In this document: piece by piece, positions 28,692 to 35,608 of the stretch
How the letters are laid out: each line of letters begins with the position of its first letter
Position numbering within the stretch: the stretch's first letter is position 1
Assembly: GCA_018058245.1 (NCBI GenBank)
Contig: JAGPCC010000002.1
Location: forward strand, 2,643-66,642
Source: Verrucomicrobiales bacterium
GTDB taxonomy: Bacteria; Verrucomicrobiota; Verrucomicrobiia; Verrucomicrobiales; DEV007
Reading direction: 5' to 3'
Length of the DNA stretch: 64,000 bases
Position numbers and translations under genes: made by a program
The notes under the pieces: model-generated
The model's database searches: none
What the model was told of the DNA's origin: nothing
What the model saw: the letters and a program-made list of their open reading frames with translations, nothing else

Positions 28692-30266
28692 TCAGGCGGT
28701 AGCGCCGTTCTCGCCTAACACTGACTTGAAGATTGATTCCAACTCCCGGATTTCCTCGTCAGTCAGTAGCTCAAATTCCGGAAGTTCTCGTTTTCGCTTG
28801 GAAAGTTCACCGCCATTCTGGTGGCAAAGTTTTATGAAAAGGTCAGCGATGCGGTCAGGAAGCTCGACGACCTCCCGCATCTCCCGGCGTATCTCATCAT
28901 AGGCTGTCAAGAAGCGCAGTTCGGTGGGCAGTTCGGTCTCAATCGTCTCTCGAATGAACTCGATTGTGATTCGCGTCGCCTCGGTCAGGTCAATATAGCG
29001 ATAGAAATCGGCAGTGTCATTGGTGACGGTCATCCTCATCCGTTCATCGAGGGTGTATTCGACCCGCTCCATAAGAGGTTTGGAAAAGCTCTCGAGGGCT
29101 TGGTCGTATTCGCGTGGACGGTTGAGAATCACTGCGGAAATGGGCAGGATGATGCCTTCGGGTCCGAAATGATTGTGAGCAAGGACATGATGGAGAAGGA
29201 AGCGGTGGATGCGACCGTTCCCGTCGCTGAAGGGGTGGAGAAAGTTGAAGGCGAAGGAGATGACTGCGGCGGAGACCAAAGTGGAGACACCAGTGGGAGT
29301 TCGGAAAGTGAGATTCTTTTCAAGCAGCTTCACCTTTAGTATCCGATCTACGAGCAGATTCGCCATCTTCAGGAATTCCTTCATCAATTGATCGAGATCC
29401 TCCGGTTTCGGTCCCGCAAAATGGACTCGTTCGACATCGGGCGCTAGTGTCTCACCAACATAGATTTGTTCCCCGATCTCACTTCTCCACCCATCGTTCG
29501 CGAACCGAGGATCTACGATGGCCTGCTGCAATTCCACGAGTGCTTCCTTGTTTAGAAATCTTCTGTGCCACGCCTGTTCCAGAAGCCCGATGAACACCTC
29601 GGCACGCTTCTGACTCGGGGTTTCTCGTTCGATTTCATAACTGCTCTTGCTCTCCTTCACGTAAAGGTATCGAACTGCGCGTTCGAAGACTTCTGGCGAG
29701 TATTCCCCAATGATCGAAGTGCAACGGTCTTTCATCTCAGACTCGTCCCATTTTGGCAGCCCATTCCACCGCACGACTGGAGAGAAGTGGCCAGTACCGA
29801 GTATATTGGCGTTAATCCTCTGACGTTTCTGTTTCCGGACCGGTCCTGTCACGTAAATTTTTGGATCAAGCAAATCTACGTAATTGCCCTGTTTCAAATC
29901 GGGGAGATCTAACCGCTCTCGAGTGAAGCCTTCATAAAGATTCCAGAGAATTCGCGCATACCGTCCAGTAGGTCTCGTGCGCACGTAGGCAGTCAGTTCT
30001 ACGGGATCGATTTCCCTTACCAAAAGCTTCCGAAGCAGTTCCAGATGAAGACCCTCGCGACGGAGAGCGAACTCCAGCTGCTCAAACACATCTGCGCCGG
30101 GTCCCTGAGCGGCGGGCAAATATTCGATGACCCGCCCATTCCGCTCGATAATGCGGCGCGCTCCTTTTGAAAGCGAATGACTCTCCTTCCAGTGAGGCAT
30201 CGTGACGAGCCCGAATTGCTCAGCGAGCCAAGCGTATCCGAGAGGTTTACTTTCGGGGATGTCCAT
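28692..30266 (-). CDS. Fic-family protein (probable AMP/NMP transferase)
   Basis: Canonical HPFSDGNGRIHR motif; SSYEIE resembles the class II autoinhibitory helix. Confidence 0.92.
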   Translation of the reverse strand: MDIPESKPLGYAWLAEQFGLVTMPHWKESHSLSKGARRIIERNGRVIEYLPAAQGPGADVFEQLEFALRREGLHLELLRKLLVREIDPVELTAYVRTRPTGRYARILWNLYEGFTRERLDLPDLKQGNYVDLLDPKIYVTGPVRKQKRQRINANILGTGHFSPVVRWNGLPKWDESEMKDRCTSIIGEYSPEVFERAVRYLYVKESKSSYEIERETPSQKRAEVFIGLLEQAWHRRFLNKEALVELQQAIVDPRFANDGWRSEIGEQIYVGETLAPDVERVHFAGPKPEDLDQLMKEFLKMANLLVDRILKVKLLEKNLTFRTPTGVSTLVSAAVISFAFNFLHPFSDGNGRIHRFLLHHVLAHNHFGPEGIILPISAVILNRPREYDQALESFSKPLMERVEYTLDERMRMTVTNDTADFYRYIDLTEATRITIEFIRETIETELPTELRFLTAYDEIRREMREVVELPDRIADLFIKLCHQNGGELSKRKRELPEFELLTDEEIRELESIFKSVLGENGATA

Positions 30267-30442
30267 GCGGATTTGATTATATTTCTGCGGAAAGGATTAC
30301 AATCCCGGCTTTTTCTGCGAAATTTATTATTTTCATCCGCTAGGCCTGGTTACACTGCCGATTCTGTTACATTTGTCCGAAAACAATTACAATTCAATGA
30401 TTTCGTACGACTTCGGTTACAAATAACTCAATTCACAATTTA

Positions 30443-30459
30443 TCGTAGCGTCGCTACGA
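30443..30459. promoter_or_regulatory. Perfect 17-bp palindrome, operator-like
   Basis: TCGTAGCG-T-CGCTACGA, 6 bp upstream of a -35 hexamer. Confidence 0.55.
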
Positions 30460-30465
30460 AAAAAG

Positions 30466-30494
30466 TTGACGCCTCCGCTCCTCCTGCTTAGTGT
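30466..30494 (+). promoter_or_regulatory. Sigma70-like promoter for the R-M operon
   Basis: TTGACG (30466-30471), 17 bp spacer, TAGTGT (30489-30494). Confidence 0.55.
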
Positions 30495-30505
30495 CCCTTC
30501 ATCCC

Positions 30506-30588
30506 GAAAACGAACGCACCCGCCAAAAAGGCGGGTGCGGGTGCCGGGTTCCCAATAAAGGCGGTCCAGCAAACCGAGTCGGGCGACT
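30506..30588 (-). ncRNA. Candidate ~83-nt cis-antisense small RNA
   Basis: Bounded by a near-consensus minus-strand promoter and a perfect 10-bp GC hairpin (30515-30539) followed by TTCGTTTT on the minus strand; no ORF. Confidence 0.5.
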
Positions 30589-30594
30589 ACGGCG

Positions 30595-30624
30595 ATTCTA
30601 GGCGCTTTTGGAGGGAACTGTCAA
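30595..30624 (-). promoter_or_regulatory. Near-consensus sigma70 promoter (minus strand)
   Basis: TTGACA (30624-30619), 18 bp spacer, TAGAAT (30600-30595). Confidence 0.65.
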
Positions 30625-30684
30625 GGAGAGCTGCGAGTGTAGCTGTCTTCCGGTACCCGCAGCGTTCGTTGGGCGCTAAAAAAA

Positions 30685-30951
30685 ATGGATAAAATCCGCG
30701 GAACCAAAAGCAGGGGGATCGACGCGAATACGTTCGAAATGAGCGTATTATGGCAAGATCCCATCAATACCCACACCTACAACTCCACCGAGAAGATCCA
30801 ATTCTCGGGTGACACAAAACCCGATCCGAGTCCGGTGGGCGGCGTTTACATCACGAACGCACTCCTTCTTAGTGTCGGAGACCGTGTTCATTGCAACATT
30901 CAGGCCCGTGACGTTTACGGGCGTGTCGTCGCCGATGTTTGGAAGTACTGA
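30685..30951 (+). pseudogene. Thermonuclease (SNase)-like fragment
   Basis: C-terminal half LLLSVGDRVHC...ARDVYGRVVADVW resembles the SNase D-x-YGR motif; the N-terminal catalytic DGD region and the C-terminal helices are absent. Confidence 0.45.
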
Positions 30952-30957
30952 ACAACC

Positions 30958-32022
30958 ATGACTACTCCCCGCCGCCCGCTGCATCGCGTTGCCGAGGTTC
31001 ACTCCGGTCTTCCAGTGAGTGCCTCTGAACCGGAGACATCGGGCGGCGGGGCACTGGTCCTTGCCTTAATGCCGGCGTCGCTGAAATTCGATGCTGAGTT
31101 TTCGCCGGGGTCGGAAACTCTAGTCAAAGTCCTTGCCGCTTCGGCACCGGATTCCCGATTCCAGGTTCAGTCCGGGGATATCCTCGTTACCGCCAAGTCG
31201 ACGGAAGCGAGCCTTCGCTGCGGAATCATTGCAGCGGATTGGGACCAGCGTCCTTCCCCGGTCTTTGCGTCAAGCTTGATTCGGATTCGAGTGGCAACGC
31301 CCGAGACGATTCTTCCGCGCTTTCTCCACGCCTGGCTGAGCAGCTCGAGCGGGAAAATTTCATTAAAGGCCGTATCCCAATCCGCGACCTCGCAAATGAA
31401 CCTCACGACCGCCGCGATCTCCCAACTTCAAGTTCCAGTTCCACCGATGGAGGAGCAACGGAGGATTGTGGAGTTTCTCGACGCGGCAGTCACCGCACAT
31501 GATTCCGCGATTGCCGCTGCTGAGACCCGGCTTGCTCTCGCGCACGAAATTGCATTTAACCCAACGCTTCCGATGCCCTTTCACGATTCCAAATCTCGAT
31601 CACCACGCCTTCTCATACAGACGGCCCGCCCGGAAACCACAATCCTGACAACCGAACGTGGCGATGGCACGTCGATGCCGAACTCGTCACTTTGGCCGGA
31701 AGTCAGAGAACTGGTCGAGGCGCTTCCCGATCGCCCCTTGGCGAGGCTCTTTGATCCGTATGCCAGCGAAACCGCTTACTTGGATCGAACCGAACTCGCC
31801 CGACTTATCGCCAAAGAACTGCGAACGCTGCTTGCCATTTGCGCAGCCCACCCGCACGATCTGATTCGGACCTACGAGAAAGAGGCGATGATCGACGTCG
31901 ATTACACGCTGGCTTCCCGCCTCGGAATCTACATGGGCGAACGCTCCGTTGATTACTTTCTGATGGAACTCGAAACCCTTCCCCCTGAAACCCAGGAACA
32001 AGTCCACGTTCACCTTACCTGA
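30958..32022 (+). CDS. hsdS: Half-size HsdS-like specificity subunit (one TRD) with ~150-aa unknown C-terminal extension
   Basis: GDILV, LIRIR, FLHAWLSS, Q-x-NLT...ISQLQVPVPPMEEQRRIV conserved HsdS helix; only one TRD. Confidence 0.72.
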   Translation: MTTPRRPLHRVAEVHSGLPVSASEPETSGGGALVLALMPASLKFDAEFSPGSETLVKVLAASAPDSRFQVQSGDILVTAKSTEASLRCGIIAADWDQRPSPVFASSLIRIRVATPETILPRFLHAWLSSSSGKISLKAVSQSATSQMNLTTAAISQLQVPVPPMEEQRRIVEFLDAAVTAHDSAIAAAETRLALAHEIAFNPTLPMPFHDSKSRSPRLLIQTARPETTILTTERGDGTSMPNSSLWPEVRELVEALPDRPLARLFDPYASETAYLDRTELARLIAKELRTLLAICAAHPHDLIRTYEKEAMIDVDYTLASRLGIYMGERSVDYFLMELETLPPETQEQVHVHLT

Positions 32023-32039
32023 CCCCTGATCATTCCCCC

Positions 32040-33809
32040 ATGCTCACCCGCGAAGAACTCAACCGCCAGCTCTGGGGCGCCGCCGACATCCTGCGCGGTG
32101 CCGTCGATGCCGCCGATTTCAAGAATCACATCCTCTCCCTGCTTTTCCTGAAGCGGCTTTCCGACGTCTTCTTCGAACGGCGCGAGGAAATCCTGCGGGA
32201 ATGGCGGGAGGCGGGAAAGTCGCCCGCCGAAGCTGAAGCCATTGCCGATGATCCCGACGAATACGACGACGGGGCCTACTTCCTGCCGGTCGAATCGCGC
32301 TGGCCCTCGCTGATGAAGGTCGCCGAAAACCGCGCCGAGGCGATCGACAAGGCCCTCGTCGCCATCGAAGACACGAACTCGGCCTACCTCAGCGGCGTCC
32401 TGGCCGGAGTCCGCTTCAACGACGAGCGCCGCTTCGGCGACGCGGCGACGATGGACGGTCTGATGCAGCGTCTCCTCGCGCACTTCGCGAGGATTCCGCT
32501 CGGGAACCGCGATCTCCTCGAGCCCGACGTGCTCGGGAATGCCTACGAGTTTCTCATCGAGCGATTTGCGGAGACGGCAGGGAAAAAGGGCGGCGAGTTT
32601 TACACCCCGCGCGGAGTTGTACGCCTCCTCGTGGAGCTGCTTGATCCCCGCGAAGGCATGCGGATCAACGATCCCACGAGCGGATCCGGCGGTATGTTGA
32701 TCGAGTGCGGGCATCACATCGAGGAGCGCGGGGGGAATCCGCGCAATCTCACCCTGACCGGTCAGGAAAAAAACATCGGCACCTGGGCGATCTGCCGTCT
32801 GAACATGCTCCTCCACGGCTTCCCCGACGCCGACATCCGCGCCGGCGATACGATCCGATCACCGAAGTTCACCACTCACGGGTCACTCGATGCCTTCGAC
32901 CGCGTCATCGCCAATCCGCCCTTTTCCTTGAAGGACTGGGGTGCCGATTCAGCAAGCTCCGATCCTTACCATCGTTTCGAGCGTGGCATCCCACCGAAGA
33001 CGAAGGGCGACATGGCCTTCCTGCTCCACATGATCGAGTCCGTCCGCGAGCGTCGCGGCATGGCCGGCGTGGTTCTACCCCATGGAGTCCTCTTCCGCGG
33101 TGGGTCGGAGGCGAAGATACGCGAATCATTGCTGAAGGACGACCTGATCGAGGCCATCATCGGTCTCCCCGCCTCCCTCTTCTTCGGCACCGGGATTCCC
33201 GCCGCCCTTGTCATCTGCAATTGGAACAAAGCCCCTGAGCGGAAGGGGCGCGTCCTCATCGTTGATGCCTCGACCGATGGCCTTTACCGCGAGGGAAAAT
33301 CCCGCAACTTCCTCGATCCCGTCGATGTCCTGAGGATCGCCGCGATCTTTCACGGATGGGCCGACCCCGGTCGCACCGTGGAAGCGGTCGAGTCCATCGC
33401 CACGACGTGGAAGGCGGCACTCGCGCGACACCGCGACCGCCAGATCGAGCGCGCAGGTGGACCGGCGTCGGAACTTGCCCCTCGAATTCACGAGGACTTT
33501 GACACGCGCCTCGCCGAAATCGAACGGGGCTCCGCGTCGCTCCGCGACTGGTTCGGCGCGACACACCCCGCTCCGGGGGGAGGCACGCGATCCAGTCTTG
33601 AAAAACACGCCGCCGTTGTCGCGGTGAAGGAGGTGCTCAAGGAACACAAGGGCAACCTTAACATCACCCGCCATGTTGATGCGATGGATCCACCGCCGAG
33701 GTTGGATGTGGTGGCGGAGCTGGCGAAACTGCGGGAGTTGGAGCTGAAGCGCGATGAGGCGGAGAAGAAGATGAATGAATTGTTGAAGGAGTTTGGGTAT
33801 GAAAACTAA
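32040..33809 (+). CDS. hsdM: Type I R-M methyltransferase subunit (m6A)
   Basis: LWGAADILRG, GEFYTPRGV, DPTSGSGGML, ANPPFS, VLPHGVLFRGG, NLNITRHVD. Confidence 0.96.
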   Translation: MLTREELNRQLWGAADILRGAVDAADFKNHILSLLFLKRLSDVFFERREEILREWREAGKSPAEAEAIADDPDEYDDGAYFLPVESRWPSLMKVAENRAEAIDKALVAIEDTNSAYLSGVLAGVRFNDERRFGDAATMDGLMQRLLAHFARIPLGNRDLLEPDVLGNAYEFLIERFAETAGKKGGEFYTPRGVVRLLVELLDPREGMRINDPTSGSGGMLIECGHHIEERGGNPRNLTLTGQEKNIGTWAICRLNMLLHGFPDADIRAGDTIRSPKFTTHGSLDAFDRVIANPPFSLKDWGADSASSDPYHRFERGIPPKTKGDMAFLLHMIESVRERRGMAGVVLPHGVLFRGGSEAKIRESLLKDDLIEAIIGLPASLFFGTGIPAALVICNWNKAPERKGRVLIVDASTDGLYREGKSRNFLDPVDVLRIAAIFHGWADPGRTVEAVESIATTWKAALARHRDRQIERAGGPASELAPRIHEDFDTRLAEIERGSASLRDWFGATHPAPGGGTRSSLEKHAAVVAVKEVLKEHKGNLNITRHVDAMDPPPRLDVVAELAKLRELELKRDEAEKKMNELLKEFGYEN

Positions 33810-34380
33810 AGAAAACCAAGTCCAACGCGTTGGCTGGTCCGAGCACTATCTTGGCGAACTTTTCTCCGAGAGAAGGGAACCCGGTATCTCGGGACTGCCA
33901 ATTCTCTCGGTCACAATGAACTCCGGGGTGGTCGCACGCTCCGACTTGGGTAGACGCATCGAATCCGAATTGGCAGATGAATCGCACGCCTTAGTCCGGA
34001 AAAATGACATCGCGTATAATATGATGCGGATGTGGCAGGGCGTCTCCGGCTTAGCGCCATGCGATGGACTCGTTAGCCCAGCCTACGTCGTTCTCAACCC
34101 GAGTGATAGAATAGACCCACTATTTGCGAGCTATCTCTTCAAGATGCCTGAAACGATTCGTCTCTTTCATCGATTTTCGCAGGGTCTGACAGACGACCGG
34201 CTTCGTCTATATTTCGATCAATTCTCTGCAATACGCGTCAATATTCCGGACTCGGTTGAAACTCAGCGGAACATCGCTTCACTCATTTCGACGTTCGACG
34301 AGCGAATTTCACAATCTGAAGCAACTACAGATTTTCTGCGATTCGCGAAGCATGCGCTTTGCCAAGATCTCCTCTCATGA
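33799..34380 (+). CDS. hsdS: Second half-size HsdS specificity subunit (one TRD)
   Basis: W-x4-LGEL start, NDIAYN, VSPAYVVL, QRNIAS...KHALCQDLL end; overlaps the hsdM stop; 193 aa. Confidence 0.85.
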   Translation: MKTKENQVQRVGWSEHYLGELFSERREPGISGLPILSVTMNSGVVARSDLGRRIESELADESHALVRKNDIAYNMMRMWQGVSGLAPCDGLVSPAYVVLNPSDRIDPLFASYLFKMPETIRLFHRFSQGLTDDRLRLYFDQFSAIRVNIPDSVETQRNIASLISTFDERISQSEATTDFLRFAKHALCQDLLS

Positions 34381-35591
34381 GCGAACCCTCCGGAAACGTT
34401 ATCATCCTTGGTGCGGGCGCAAGCTTCAACGCCGGGATTCCGTTAATGTCGAACTTCATTGACACGATGTGGAATCTCGCACGGACAGGGCGCGGTCCGG
34501 AGGGAGCAATCACGCCCGCCGACCGAAAAATTCTAGAGAATGCCCTTGGCGTTCGTGAGGATTTGGATGGCTATCATGGCCGAGCCTCGTTCGACATGTG
34601 GAACATCGAGGATCTCCTCTCGATTCTATCGTTCAACGCCATGGCGGGTGGAAAGAAGGAAAAGAACCGCCTCGAAGCGATCACTAAGGGAATTGCGAAG
34701 ACGATTGAAATCACATGCAACGTCAAGCACGACGGAAACATTGAAACCGATCCAGAGAAGGGCAGGAACTATCTCTATGAGGAGTTTTGGAATTCGCTTC
34801 TTAAATGGTCCCGGGATACAAAGCTTCCAGTCCCACCTATTGTCACGTTCAATTACGACCTTGTTTTGGAACGCTCTTTGATGCGCGTACTCACGGGGTT
34901 TCGTTACTTCGACGAGCGGAATAAAGGATTTCCATGGAGATCGGTTCTGATCCGGTACGGGGCGTCTGCATTTGATGAGGTCGTATTTGACGCAAAATTC
35001 GTTCGGTGGGAGACAAGGGGCGAGCGATACGAATCAAACTGGGGGCTAAAGCTCAGTGAGTCCACTACGTCACCCGTTGATGATGACGATTACGTGCTTC
35101 GAATCAACCTCTGCAAACTCCATGGCTCTCTAAATTTTCCTCGTTCGGAGAAGGACAAAACTGATAAACCAGCCGGACATCGCCTTGTGACGGCCCTTGA
35201 AGATCCTTTGATTCTTCCTCCGGTCTTCAACAAAGCGACAAATAGTCTCGGGGGATCAACTTGGGCCGAAGCATTGCGCTGCATCCGCGCCTGTAAGAAT
35301 CTGATCATCTGCGGATACAGTCTGCCCGCGACAGACATCTACATGCAGTATTTCCTAAAGTCGGCGCTCGGTCCGAATCAAGATTTGAATCGGATGTTTA
35401 TTTACGACCGCTCGCTCTTCATCCCCGAAGAGTCAGCAGCCGCCGAATCACTTAAGAACCGATATTCCGCAATTTTCTCTCCGGGTATTCAACATCGAAT
35501 CCATTTCGATCCGCCACGACACAACGGAGGAACCTTCGAAGACCTGGTATACATCCTTCAAAAATACCCAGATCAAATTCTCTTCGGCTGA
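34377..35591 (+). CDS. SIR2-like domain protein (putative NADase effector)
   Basis: ILGAGAS, TFNYD, KLHGS, ILPP-x-x-NK and CGYS motifs; ATGA overlap with the hsdS stop. Confidence 0.85.
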   Translation: MSEPSGNVIILGAGASFNAGIPLMSNFIDTMWNLARTGRGPEGAITPADRKILENALGVREDLDGYHGRASFDMWNIEDLLSILSFNAMAGGKKEKNRLEAITKGIAKTIEITCNVKHDGNIETDPEKGRNYLYEEFWNSLLKWSRDTKLPVPPIVTFNYDLVLERSLMRVLTGFRYFDERNKGFPWRSVLIRYGASAFDEVVFDAKFVRWETRGERYESNWGLKLSESTTSPVDDDDYVLRINLCKLHGSLNFPRSEKDKTDKPAGHRLVTALEDPLILPPVFNKATNSLGGSTWAEALRCIRACKNLIICGYSLPATDIYMQYFLKSALGPNQDLNRMFIYDRSLFIPEESAAAESLKNRYSAIFSPGIQHRIHFDPPRHNGGTFEDLVYILQKYPDQILFG

Positions 35592-35608
35592 AATTCAGAA
35601 ATTTCATC

